NCBI GenBank assembly: GCA_009691025.1
Contig: SHWB01000002.1
Coordinates: forward strand, 8,300-72,299
Source of the DNA: Alphaproteobacteria bacterium
Lineage (GTDB): Bacteria; Pseudomonadota; Alphaproteobacteria; UBA6615
DNA: 64,000 nt
Direction: 5' to 3'
Below are positions 10,482-19,698 of the stretch, piece by piece; positions within the stretch are counted from its first letter, which is position 1, and the number at the start of each line of letters is the position of its first letter. The position numbers and the translations under genes are program-made. The notes under the pieces were generated by a model. The model did no database searches. It was not told the origin of the DNA and saw nothing but the letters and a program-made list of their open reading frames with translations.

Positions 10482-10703
10482 CGCCGCCCGCCTCGCGGCG
10501 GCGGCCGGCGAGGCGCTGGCGGCCGCCTGTTCGACCGCAAGGCGGAAGCGGAAAGGCGCTACTTTCCGCCCCTGACCGGCCACGACGCGGCGACGGCGAC
10601 CGATGTGGCCGTGCTGGCGACCGAAATGCTGCGGGCCGTGAACCTCAACCTGTTCGACCTGTCTATGTGGGCCGATCGCCCGCGCGGCGGCGTCGACGAC
10701 TGA
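10462..10703 (+). pseudogene. Small hypothetical ORF, apparently frameshifted
   Basis: The ATG overlaps the Rieske 3' end. MSTPDADAARLAAAAGEALAAA (frame 1) continues plausibly as LFDRKAEAERRYFPPLTGHDAATATDVAVLATEMLRAVNLNLFDLSMWADRP (frame 0). No family recognised. Confidence 0.25.
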
Positions 10704-10718
10704 CGCGGGAGCGCCGCG

Positions 10719-11951
10719 ATGGCGACCGACCGCAGGCCCGTCCACCTCGCCGAGATCGGCGAGCGCAGCGACTCCGCCGATTTCCTCGCGCACGCCCGGC
10801 GCTAGGCGGTCGAGCGGGATTTCGCGTCGCGCTTCATCGTCGATGTCGACTCGCATATAGGCGACGGCGGCGCCTGGCCGGAGGTGCTGAAATACATCGA
10901 TAACGACGCCGTGCGCGTCGCCGCCTTCACCTTCGGCGACGGCACCGGCCGCGGCGCCTTCCTCAACGACACGCCGGGCCTGCAATGGCAGAACGCCTGG
11001 GGGCGTATCTCGCATGCGCAGGGCCTGAAAGAGCCGGTGACGGACAATTCCGCGCCGCGCGAGGTCATCCTGTCGCGCAAGTTGATGGACGACGTCGGCC
11101 TCGACTACCAGGTGTTCTTCCCCAACGCGCTATTGTTCCTCGGCATGCACCAGGTGAGCGAAATGGAGGTCGAACTGGCGACGGCCTACAACCGCTGGCT
11201 CGTCAAGCAGGTGCTGCCGCACGAGACGCTCATGAAGGCGCTGCTCTATCTGCCGTTCAACACGTCGGCTGCGGCGTAGAAGACGGTGGAGCGCTTCCTC
11301 GGCGCGCCCGGCGTGGTCGGCTTTCTCGTCACCAGCACGCGCTATCAGACGGTTCACGACAACGAGTACATGCGTCTCTACGCGATGCTGGAGGAAGCGC
11401 GGATGCCGATCGGCTTCCACGCCCATCACAACTGGCACAACGAGTATACGCGCCAGCTCAACCGCTTCATCTCGATGCACGAGCTGTCCTTCGTGCTGTC
11501 GAACATGGTCCATATGACCAACTGGATCATCAACGGCCTGCCCGAACGCTTCCCGAAGCTGAAACTCATGTGGATCGAGAGCGGGCTCGCCTGGCTGGTG
11601 TTCCTGATGCAGCGCCTCGACAACGAGTATTTGATGTGCTCCTCCGAGGCGCCGCTGCTCAAATGCCTGCCGAGCGACTACATGCGCGAGATGTACTACA
11701 CGATGCAGCCGCTGGAGACGTCAAACCTCAAGCTGCTGGAAGAGACCTTAGAGGCCATCGCCGCGCCGACTCAGCCCCTCTACGCTTCCGACTGGCCGCA
11801 CTGGGATTTCGACGTTCCGGCCCGTCTCTACGACCTGCCGTTCCTCGACGAGAAGGTGCGCGCCGACATCCTCAGCTACAACGCCGCCCGCCTGTTCGCC
11901 ATCGACGTTCCGGCGCGCTACCGCCAGCCCGACCGCGACGCGGCGGAATAG
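10719..11951 (+). pseudogene. Amidohydrolase-2 (ACMSD/metal-dependent hydrolase-like) gene with two in-frame TAG codons
   Basis: One continuous frame runs from ATG 10719 to TAG 11949-11951, interrupted by TAG at 10803-10805 and 11277-11279. The ORF-track pieces 10884..11279 and 11286..11951 are in the same frame. Motifs ..FIVDVDSHI.., ..GFHAHH.. and ..YASDWPHWDFD.. are present. Confidence 0.75.
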
Positions 11952-12020
11952 GGCGCCGTTGCACCATCCCCCGCGGCCCTGCTAAGGGGCACGGCCCTTC
12001 CGGCGCGAGACCGTCCCGGC

Positions 12021-12602
12021 ATGCTGCAATCCCTGTACCTGTGGACCATGCGCGTCGGCGCCTCGCGCCATTCCGTGTGGGTGCTGCTGCTGGCGGCGTT
12101 CGCCGAAAGCTCGATTTTCCCCGTGCCGGTCGACGTGCTGCTGTTCCCGATGGTGCTGGCGGCGCGCGAGAAGGCCTGGCGGCTGGCGGCGCTGGCCACG
12201 CTGGCCTCGGTCGCCGGCGGCTTCGCCGGCTATGCCATCGGCTGGGGCCTCTACGAATCGGTCGGCCGCTGGATCGTCGAGCTGTACGGGCTGGGCGACA
12301 AGTTCGCGTATTTCGAGGAGCAGTACGAGGAATGGGGCGCCTGGGTGGTGATGCTGTTCGGCATCTCGCCGCTACCCTACAAATTCGTCACCATCGCCTC
12401 GGGCGTGTTCACCCTCGATCTGTGGGTGTTCGGCCTCGCCTCGCTGGCGGCGCGCGGCATCAGGTTCTTCGCCGTCTGTGCGCTGCTGTGGCTGTTCGGT
12501 CCGGCCATCCGCCGCATCTTCGAGCGCTGGATGTGGCCGGTGACGATCATCTTCCTCGCCCTGCTCGTCGGCGGCTTCGTCGCGGCGGCCCATGCCTTGT
12601 AG
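12021..12602 (+). CDS. YqaA/DedA-type membrane protein
   Basis: 193 aa. ..LLLAAFAESSIFPVPVDVLL.. together with multiple TM helices is typical of the YqaA (SNARE-associated/DedA-like) family. Confidence 0.8.
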   Translation: MLQSLYLWTMRVGASRHSVWVLLLAAFAESSIFPVPVDVLLFPMVLAAREKAWRLAALATLASVAGGFAGYAIGWGLYESVGRWIVELYGLGDKFAYFEEQYEEWGAWVVMLFGISPLPYKFVTIASGVFTLDLWVFGLASLAARGIRFFAVCALLWLFGPAIRRIFERWMWPVTIIFLALLVGGFVAAAHAL

Positions 12603-12631
12603 GCAGCGGCCTGCGCGCGCCATATAGGGGC

Positions 12632-13192
12632 ATGGCCAGCCTGTCCCCCCCGTCTTCGCCGCGCGGCCCGTTTGCCTGGGTCGCGGACCACCCGTGGCGG
12701 CTGCCGGCGGCGGTCCTCGCCGCTTCGCTGGCGATGCTCTGCGGCGCCTGGTTCTTCGAATACGTCGTTGGCCTGGATCCTTGCGCGCTGTGCCTCGAAC
12801 AGCGGCTGCCCTACAAGTTCGCGGCCGGGCTGGCGGCCGTTGCGCTGGTCGCCACCCTGTCAGGGCGCCTGCCGCTGGCGGCGCCGGCGCTAGCCTTCGT
12901 CGCCGCCGGGCTGTTTGCCTGGGGCGCCTGGCTCGCCGGCTTCCATGTCGGGGTCGAGCAGGGCTGGTGGCCCGGCACGCCGGCCTGCGGCGGCGCCGTC
13001 GCCATCGATCCCAAAGCCAGCATCGACGCCGTACGCGAACAGTTGTTCAATACGCCGGTGGTGCGCTGCGACGTCGTGCCGTGGTCCTTCGCCGGCCTGT
13101 CGCTGGCCGGCTGGAATCTCCTCGCCTCGCTGCTGTTCGTCGCCGGCGGCCTCGGCGCGGCCTGGCGGTTCCATCGGAAGGACAGGCCATGA
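12632..13192 (+). CDS. dsbB: Disulfide bond formation protein B family
   Basis: ATG 12632. Four TM segments with paired cysteines (..LDPCALCLEQR.. and ..C..VVRCD..). The stop overlaps the coq7 start (ATGA). Confidence 0.8.
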   Translation: MASLSPPSSPRGPFAWVADHPWRLPAAVLAASLAMLCGAWFFEYVVGLDPCALCLEQRLPYKFAAGLAAVALVATLSGRLPLAAPALAFVAAGLFAWGAWLAGFHVGVEQGWWPGTPACGGAVAIDPKASIDAVREQLFNTPVVRCDVVPWSFAGLSLAGWNLLASLLFVAGGLGAAWRFHRKDRP

Positions 13193-13773
13193 GACGCAAG
13201 CCCGGCGCACCCGCAGGCAAGCGCCACCCGGCGCCCGGCGGAAGGCTGCCCGGCGACCCGGCCCCATGCGCCGCGGTCGCTCGCATGATCCGCGTCGACC
13301 AGGCCGGCGAGTACGGCGCCGCGCGCATCTATGACGGCCATCTTGCCGTGCTCGGCCGCCGCCCGGTCGGCGAGACCATTCGCGAGATGCGGGCGCAGGA
13401 GGCTCGCCACCTCGAGACCTTCGACCGGCTCGTCGCCGACCGCCGCGTGCGGCCGACCGCGCTGGCGCCGCTCTGGCACGTCGCCGGCTTCGCGCTCGGC
13501 GCCGCGACGGCGCTGCTCGGCGAGCGTGCGGCGATGGCCTGCACCGTCGCCGTAGAGGAGGCGATCGATGCGCACTACGCCCGCCAGGCCGGGTCGCTGG
13601 GCGCCGACGAGGCGCCGCTGCGCCGGACGATCGAGGCGTTCCGCGCCGATGAAAGGGCTCATCGCGACACCGGCCTCGCCCACGGCGCCGAGGGGGCACC
13701 TGGCTACCGCGCCATGCATGCCGTCGTCGGATCGGCGACGCGGCTGGCTATCCGGCTGTCGGAACGGTATTGA
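13189..13773 (+). CDS. coq7: Demethoxyubiquinone hydroxylase (COQ7 family di-iron protein)
   Basis: ..MIRVDQAGEYGAARIY.GHL........I.EM...E..HL..F........RPT.L.PLW...GF.LGA..AL.. with EXXH di-iron motifs. Confidence 0.85.
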   Translation: MRRKPGAPAGKRHPAPGGRLPGDPAPCAAVARMIRVDQAGEYGAARIYDGHLAVLGRRPVGETIREMRAQEARHLETFDRLVADRRVRPTALAPLWHVAGFALGAATALLGERAAMACTVAVEEAIDAHYARQAGSLGADEAPLRRTIEAFRADERAHRDTGLAHGAEGAPGYRAMHAVVGSATRLAIRLSERY

Positions 13774-13858
13774 AGGCCGTGAAATTTTCGGTCGCCAAGC
13801 GGCACGGACGCCACTAGGCTTCTGTTTCGGCGGGACGATTACGCCTGGGGGAGGAACG

Positions 13859-14362
13859 ATGTCCCGCCGGCCCGGTGCCTTCCGCGTCCGATCGCTGTGC
13901 GTAGCGCTTGGCCTGCTGGCGGCGGCATCGCTGATCGGCGCCGGCCTGGCGGATCCGGCGCGGGCGGACGAGAAGCTGCGGCCGCAGGAGCGCGCCGCGT
14001 TCCAGATGCGCGTCCTACAAAGCGACATGATGGTGGTGGCGCTGCTCTGCGGCCTGAACCAGCAATACGACGACGCGGTCCGCCGCTTTCGCCCGGAAAT
14101 GGTGGCCAATGCGCGACATTTGCGCAGTTACTTCGATCGTACCTACGGGCGCCGGGGCCAGGTCGAACTCGACCGCTTCGTCACCGTGCTGGCCAACCGC
14201 GCCGCGACGCGAGCCACGACGCTGGGCGGGCTTTTCTGCGCCGAGGCGATCGGCCTGATGAATGCCGTGCTGGCCTTGCCAGAGAATGGCCTTGGCATGT
14301 TCAGCCAGAACACCATGGGCACGCCCGATCTGTCGGTCACGACGACGGCCTCGGCCCGCTGA
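13859..14362 (+). CDS. Hypothetical secreted protein
   Basis: ATG 13859 follows GGGAGGA. It has an N-terminal signal-like segment LCVALGLLAAASLIGAGLADPARA. No family recognised. Confidence 0.5.
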   Translation: MSRRPGAFRVRSLCVALGLLAAASLIGAGLADPARADEKLRPQERAAFQMRVLQSDMMVVALLCGLNQQYDDAVRRFRPEMVANARHLRSYFDRTYGRRGQVELDRFVTVLANRAATRATTLGGLFCAEAIGLMNAVLALPENGLGMFSQNTMGTPDLSVTTTASAR

Positions 14363-14410
14363 CACCAACGGCTGTATCCTGACCGTTCCAGCGTCCCCGT
14401 CATATTCGAT

Positions 14411-14538
14411 CGTCGTCCCGGGCGGAGCGCAGAGCGCGCAGACCCGGGACCCATGAACACCGGACGGTGCAGGGCTTTGCGTGGCCCGTGTTCATGGCCC
14501 CCGGCTCGCGCTGCTGCGCCGCTTGGCCGGGGCGACAC
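14411..14538 (+). repeat. Repeat family A, copy 1 (about 125-bp MITE/REP-like palindromic element)
   Basis: gtcgtcccgggcg..agacccggga..atgaacaccgg..cccgtgttcat..ccccggc..gccggggcgac. Terminal inverted repeats plus a central hairpin. Other copies at 33885-34009, 48826-48947 and 55663-55790. Confidence 0.8.
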
Positions 14539-14641
14539 TGCCTTTGGTGGTCAAGAATTGCGTCCGTCGGTATGACACGAAATCCCGCCCGCCCTGCCCG
14601 CTACGCTCGGGTGGAGGCAGGACGGACGGGTTCCATCCGAA

Positions 14642-15451
14642 TTAATTGAGGACGATCCGCACGCGGCGGTTCTGCGGCTCGCGTACGCCGTCATCCGTCG
14701 GCACCAGCGGCTCGGCCCGCTGGCGCGACAGGTTGAGATTTTAAGCGTCCGGTCCCGAGCGGTCGGCGTGGCCGGTGGCGACGACGGTGACGCTTTCGAT
14801 CTGGCCGACATTGCGCGCCGCGGTGACGATTACCGAGCGCGCGCCCTCGGTCAGCTTCGCACTGTTCCAGTCGAAGAAGACGAGAAAGGCGCGTACCGGG
14901 CTCGTCGCCGGCGCCGGGGCGGCGGCGCGCGGCGCCGGTTCATCCGGGCGCAGGGCGGTGTCGAGTTCAGTCATCGCCGCCTTGAAATCGCGCCGGCAGG
15001 CGGCGATGTCGTTGAACTGGAAATTCTCTTCCTGCTCCTGCAGCCAGCAATCGAATGCGACTTGCGCGCGTGCTGCCTCGGACGTCGCCCGGCTGCGGCC
15101 ATCGGGCAGCGCCGTCATCAGCCGCGCGCGCGCCGCTTCGATGCTCGCCGCGGTGTCGGCCGGCATCGGCGGCCAGGAGGATTGCGGCGGCAGGCGCTCG
15201 GCCACCGGCTGCGGATCGATCGTCTCGCCGTTTCCGGCGCGCCGCGCCAGCAGGGCGAAATGATCGGAATTCTTGTAGTCTCCCTCGGAGCACTCGTTGC
15301 GGTCGAGGCGCATGTAGCCGCCGTGGAGTCCATGGGTATAGGCCGTGCCGCCGGCGGCGGCGGTCGGCGTGCGTTCGAGCTGCTGGCCGGCTCAGGCGGC
15401 GAGCGTGCTCGCGCAGAGGCCAGCGATCGCGATGTTTGTGAAGATTTTCAT
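14642..15451 (-). pseudogene. OmpA-family lipoprotein paralog 1, inactivated (TGA, TAA, internal deletion)
   Basis: From ATG 15451, MKIFTNIAIAGLCASTLAA is followed by TGA (15392-15394) where the lipobox Cys is expected (paralog 2 has LAFAGCAGQ). ..GHADRSGPDA is followed by TAA (14741-14743) where paralog 2 has Tyr. The frame then continues NLNLSRQRAE-PLVPTDDGVREPQNRRVRIVLN, lacking about 25 codons present in paralog 2. Confidence 0.75.
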
Positions 15452-15735
15452 GGCAGACCTCGCTGGCCGTCGCGCCCGACGGCGCGACCGCATCGGGAGA
15501 TGCCCGTCAGGGCCGGGTGAAGGTGCCGATTTCGCACGCGCGAAAGGCGGTCATGCGGCCTAAACGTGGCGGTCCGGCGACCGGCCCCCTTTTTTCGCAT
15601 TGCCGCTTGTGAAGATTGCGGCCCTGCGCCGTGTCCTGCATCGGTGCCGCCAAAGCAATGACGCCGGCCTCTTGCGAGGCCGGCGCCTTGTCGTTCGCCC
15701 GGCGGCGCCAGGCGCCGCCGGGGGGCTGTTCGCGA

Positions 15736-16617
15736 TCAGTTCAGGACGATCTGCACGGCGCGATTCTGCGGCTCGCGCACATCGTTGCCGGTGGCCACCA
15801 GCGGATCGGTTTAGCCGCGCGCGGCGACGCCGATCTCGCGGGTCGGGATGCCGAGGCGCATCAGTTCCGCCTTCACCTCATCGGCACTATGGCCCGACAG
15901 GCCGAGGTTATAGTCGTCGGAACCCGAGCGATCGGCGTGCCCGGTGGCGGTCATGGTCACCTGGCTGGACTGGCGGGAGGCGCTTGCGGCGATGGCGATG
16001 ACCGATTTCGCGCCATCCGTCAGGACATTGCTGTCCCAGTCGAAGAAGACCAGGAAGGTGCGCTCGGCCGGCGTCGTCATGGTCGGTACGGCGGCACGCG
16101 GCGCGACCGCGGGACGCAGCGCTGTGTCGAGTTCGGCCATCGCCGTGTCGTAGGAGTCGCGGCAGGCGGCGATGTGCGCGGGCTGGAAATTCTCCTCCTG
16201 CTTGCCGAGCCAGCAATCGAAGCCGACCTGGGCCCGCGCCGCGGCGGCGGGAGCGATGGTGCGGCCCTCGGGCATCGCCGTCATCAGCCGGCAACGCGCG
16301 CCGGTCAGCTAGGACACTATTTCGGGCGACAGCTCCGTCCATGCCGAATTATCTAGGCGGTCGCTGACCAGCTGTGGGTCGAAGCTTTCGTCGCGCCCGG
16401 CGCGCTGCGCCCGCAACGCTAAGAAGTCGGAGTCCTTATAGTCGCCTTGGGTATACTCGCTCTTGGCGATGCCAAGATATCCGGTGTGGAGGCCCGTCGT
16501 GAACGTATTGGCGTTCGATGGGGCGGCAGCGGTGTAGCCGACTTCCTGGCCGGCGCAACCGGCAAAGGCAAGGGCGCACAGGTTGGCGACGGAGATGGAT
16601 GTGTAGGTTCTGGTCAT
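15736..16617 (-). pseudogene. OmpA-family lipoprotein paralog 2, inactivated (TAG and TAA)
   Basis: One frame from ATG 16617 (MTRTYTSISVANLCALAFAGCAGQ, lipobox) to TGA 15736-15738. It is interrupted by TAG 16309-16311 and TAA 15811-15813 (..GVAARG*TDPLVATGNDVREPQNRAVQIVLN). ORF-track pieces 16309..16677 and 15811..16284 share the frame. Confidence 0.75.
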
Positions 16618-16836
16618 GCGAATTTTCCCCGCTGGATAGGAATGTCTGATGTCTCTACAGGCAGGGTCACAAAACACGCCAAATGATAGAATGGACTCGC
16701 TAGGCGCATTTGGCGTAGAAAATTCCGTCCTGGCACAATATATTTCATAGAATTTCTGCGGCTAATCTAGGTCAGACATAACGAGATTTATTGATCTTCC
16801 GAGAAAATCTTAGGGGAACGTCGTGAATCCAGTTTT

Positions 16837-17574
16837 TCATATATGGGGTATCGCGAGATTCAAGTAGACATTGGCGTAGACGGACAGTTCCCGCAGGCCG
16901 TCCAGATCGTGGATTATGACCTAGTGGTCCTTGACCGTGATCAACTCCCGCTCGCGCAACTGGCGCAGGACACGGTTGGCGTGGATAGCGGTGAGGCCGA
17001 GCGCCTCGGCGAGGACATACTGGTTGAGCGGACAGGCAAAACTGGTCGACGAGACGAGGTCGACCATCTTCAGGCGCTGTCCGATCTCGATGAACAGGTG
17101 GGCCAGCCGCTCGATGGCGGTACGCCGGCCGATATTCACCAGATGCTCGACCACCATGGCTTCGTCGCGCGAGACCGCCCACAGGATGGCGGTCGCCAGC
17201 CGCGGGAAGCGGTGGAACAGCTCGATCATCCGCGGCGGCGAGACTTCGCTGACGACGGCGTCGGTCATGCATGCGAAGGAATGATCGGAGGTGCGCAGCA
17301 AGACACTGCGCAGACCCATGAAATTGCCCGGCAGCGGAAAACCGATGATCTGGCGGCCGCCGTTCGGAACCATCTTGTAGGAGATGGCCCACCCGGTCTG
17401 CAGGATGAAGGCGTGATGACCGGTCTGGCCTTCATGCACGAGGTCGGTGAGGGCGGAAACGGCTCGGCGGCGCGATTGCATCTCGTCGAGGCAGGCCAGT
17501 TCTTCGGGCCCCAGCGGCAGGAAGCCGGTGAGCTTCTTCGCGAGCGGCGATTCGGTGCGCGAAGTTGGCGGCAC
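16837..17574 (-). pseudogene. Crp/Fnr-family transcriptional regulator with an in-frame TAG 27 codons before the family-typical C-terminus
   Basis: The ORF track ends at TAG 16921-16923 (..LRQLRERELITVKDH*). The same frame continues VIIHDLDGLRELSVYANVYLNLAIPHI to TGA 16837-16839. That tail matches the usual Crp/Fnr ending (..I.I.D...L..LA.....YL). cNMP-binding and HTH regions are intact. Confidence 0.65.
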
Positions 17575-18191
17575 TACGGCATCATGGGAAGCGCTGCGGC
17601 GGCGCCGGCCTGTTGGACGGCACGCCGGAGACAGTCGAAGGAAGTGCGGAACCGGAGGCGTGACAGTGACGTCGCTCGATCATGGACGACTGCGGGAGAC
17701 TATCACACATTAGCATCGTCCCGGCGGCGTCCGTGTAACCTCGCGTACTCGGTCGCCCCGCGCCCGACACACCGCCCGACACACCGTCGCGCGGGGACAG
17801 CAGCTCAGCACGGGATGCAAATGAACACCGACCTGCCGCCGCCGGCCTCGCCGCACTGCCGATTTGCGAGTCGCTGTTGTTGTCCCTGTCGGACAACGAG
17901 CTTCTCGACAATGCGGAGGTCGTATCCATCCTCGCCGACGCAGCTATCGCGCACCGGGGGCCATGGCCAGCGCCATCGATCCGAAGAAACACGGGGCCGC
18001 CGCCGAGATGATAGACCGCATCATCAAGGGCAAGAATTCGGTGGGGCACGACTGAGCGATGCGAACTCGCGCAAGCGGGGCGCGGAGCCTGTCTTGCTCC
18101 ACGCCCCGCGTCAGCGCAGTCGCGCGTCCAGTCGTCCGGAACGCTCGGCCGACGGAAGCCCTCCGACGAAGGCGGAGGCGTCCGCCGCGCG

Positions 18192-18506
18192 CTACTTGAC
18201 CACGAGGTCGTTGCGCACCTGCGACACGCCGGTGACGCCCGAGGCGACGGTGCCGGCGCGGGTCTTCGCCTCGGCGGTGTTCACGAAGCCGCTCAACGGG
18301 ACGATGCCCTTGTAGGTCGCGATATCGATCTGGAAGAGGTTGATATCCTTGTCTCCGATGAGCTGGGCGCGGACCTTGTTGCTGATGACGGAATCGTCGA
18401 TGTATTCGCCAGTGCTCTGGCTGGTCCGCGATCTGGTGCAGGCCGTCGTGGCACCCGCGAGCAGGGCGACGACGACAAGGGCGCGCGCGAAACGGGGCGT
18501 GTTCAT
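18192..18506 (-). CDS. BON-domain lipoprotein (OsmY-like)
   Basis: Signal peptide plus lipobox LLAGATTAC. ..DDSVISNKVRAQL..D..I....I.I.TYKG.V.LSGFV....AK..A...A..V.GV..V.N.L.V is a BON domain. Confidence 0.8.
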   Translation of the reverse strand: MNTPRFARALVVVALLAGATTACTRSRTSQSTGEYIDDSVISNKVRAQLIGDKDINLFQIDIATYKGIVPLSGFVNTAEAKTRAGTVASGVTGVSQVRNDLVVK

Positions 18507-18590
18507 GGGTTGTATGCCTCCAGGGCGGAATTCGGGTAAGTCGGACGCGGGCGCGGCGTTGCGCCCGCGCGATCGGCGGCTCGCGACCGG

Positions 18591-18782
18591 CTAGCGGCCG
18601 ACGCGGATGGTGTCCATCGCGCCGAGCACGCCGAAGGCCTGCAGCAGCCAGAGTACGACGGCGATCACCACGACGACGTTCAGGATGAATTTGATCTTCC
18701 GGTCCATCGGAATGTAGGTATTGACCGCCCATAACAAAACGCCGACGACGATCAGAACAATAACCAGATTGATAATTGACAT
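18591..18782 (-). CDS. Small two-TM membrane protein (Thivi_2564-like family)
   Basis: I start it at ATG 18782. MSIINLVIVLIVVGVLLWAVNTYIPMDRKIKFILNVVVVIAVVLWLLQAFG. Confidence 0.6.
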   Translation of the reverse strand: MSIINLVIVLIVVGVLLWAVNTYIPMDRKIKFILNVVVVIAVVLWLLQAFGVLGAMDTIRVGR

Positions 18783-18992
18783 GCCTTGATCATCGAATAC
18801 TATGCGTCGCGGCGCAGAGCCATGCTGCCGCAAGTTATTCCAATGCGCAGAACGAGGACTAATCTAAATCCGTACGTTCACGAAATTTCCGGGCCTTGGC
18901 CGGTTGCGCACGACGCCGGTGCGATCGCCGACGCCGTACGCGAACGGGGCGCGCCGTGGCGCAGAAGCGCCATGCATCCGCTCCCGGAAGGG

Positions 18993-19580
18993 TCAGCCTT
19001 CCAGTTCGACGTCCCAGTACAGGTAGTCGTTCCAGCTCTGGTGCAGGTAATTGGGTGGGAAGGCGCGGCCGTTATCCTGCAATTCCCAATTGGTCGGCAC
19101 GCGCGGCCGGCGGCGCAGGCGCAGGCCGCCCTCCTGCGGCGTGCGGCTGCCCTTCTGCATGTTGTGGATGCTGCAGGCGGTGACGACATTATCCCACGTC
19201 GTGCGCCCGCCGCGCGAACGCGGCACGACATGGTCGAAGGTCAGGTCGTTGGCGGCGAACCGGTGGTCGCAGTACTGGCAGGAGAAGCGGTCGCGCAGGA
19301 ACACGTTGAACCGTGTGAAGGCCGGGCGCGCGGCCGGGCGGACATATTCCTTGAGCGAGATGACCGAAGGCAGCGCGATGCGCGTCGTCGGCGATCTAAC
19401 CACGCGGTCGTAGACGGCCACGGTGTTGACCCGGCCGAGCAGCGCGGCCTTGACCGCTTCGTGCCACGGCCACACCGACAAGGGAAAGTAACTGAGCGGC
19501 CGGAAATCGGCGTTCAGGACCAGTGCCGGATATTCACGCAGTCCGACGTGCACAACACGCTGCTCCCGCAACAGGACCAA
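18993..19580 (-). CDS. HNH endonuclease family protein
   Basis: 195 aa. ..CQYCDHRF....LTFDHVVPRSRGGRTTWDNVVTAC..HN..K is the HNH motif. Confidence 0.8.
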   Translation of the reverse strand: MVLLREQRVVHVGLREYPALVLNADFRPLSYFPLSVWPWHEAVKAALLGRVNTVAVYDRVVRSPTTRIALPSVISLKEYVRPAARPAFTRFNVFLRDRFSCQYCDHRFAANDLTFDHVVPRSRGGRTTWDNVVTACSIHNMQKGSRTPQEGGLRLRRRPRVPTNWELQDNGRAFPPNYLHQSWNDYLYWDVELEG

Positions 19581-19698
19581 CCCGATACGCGCCGGAGCCT
19601 AGAAGATGATGTGCGCCAGCGCAAAGAACTTCCTTTTTGGTACAGCATGTTGTAACCCATTGGTCACGGCCTGCCACCGCAGCAAAACGTGCGACGCG

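Noticed and set aside
10985-13192. 735-aa ORF spanning the amidohydrolase, dedA and dsbB region
   Set aside because: It is an out-of-frame read-through typical of high-GC DNA. Only its last 186 codons (from ATG 12632) form the DsbB-family gene, and the remainder is an Arg/Ala/Pro-rich translation overlapping better-supported genes.
14262-14649. Short ORFs translating repeat family A (also 33817..34140, 48700..48989, 55614..55850)
   Set aside because: The same 'protein' recurs wherever the repeat occurs, in both orientations, and lies in intergenic gaps. The conservation is at the nucleotide and palindrome level, not at the coding level.
16843-18315. 490-aa plus-strand ORF
   Set aside because: It is antisense to the Crp/Fnr and BON genes. 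Its composition is low-complexity and Arg/Gly-rich, with no family signature.
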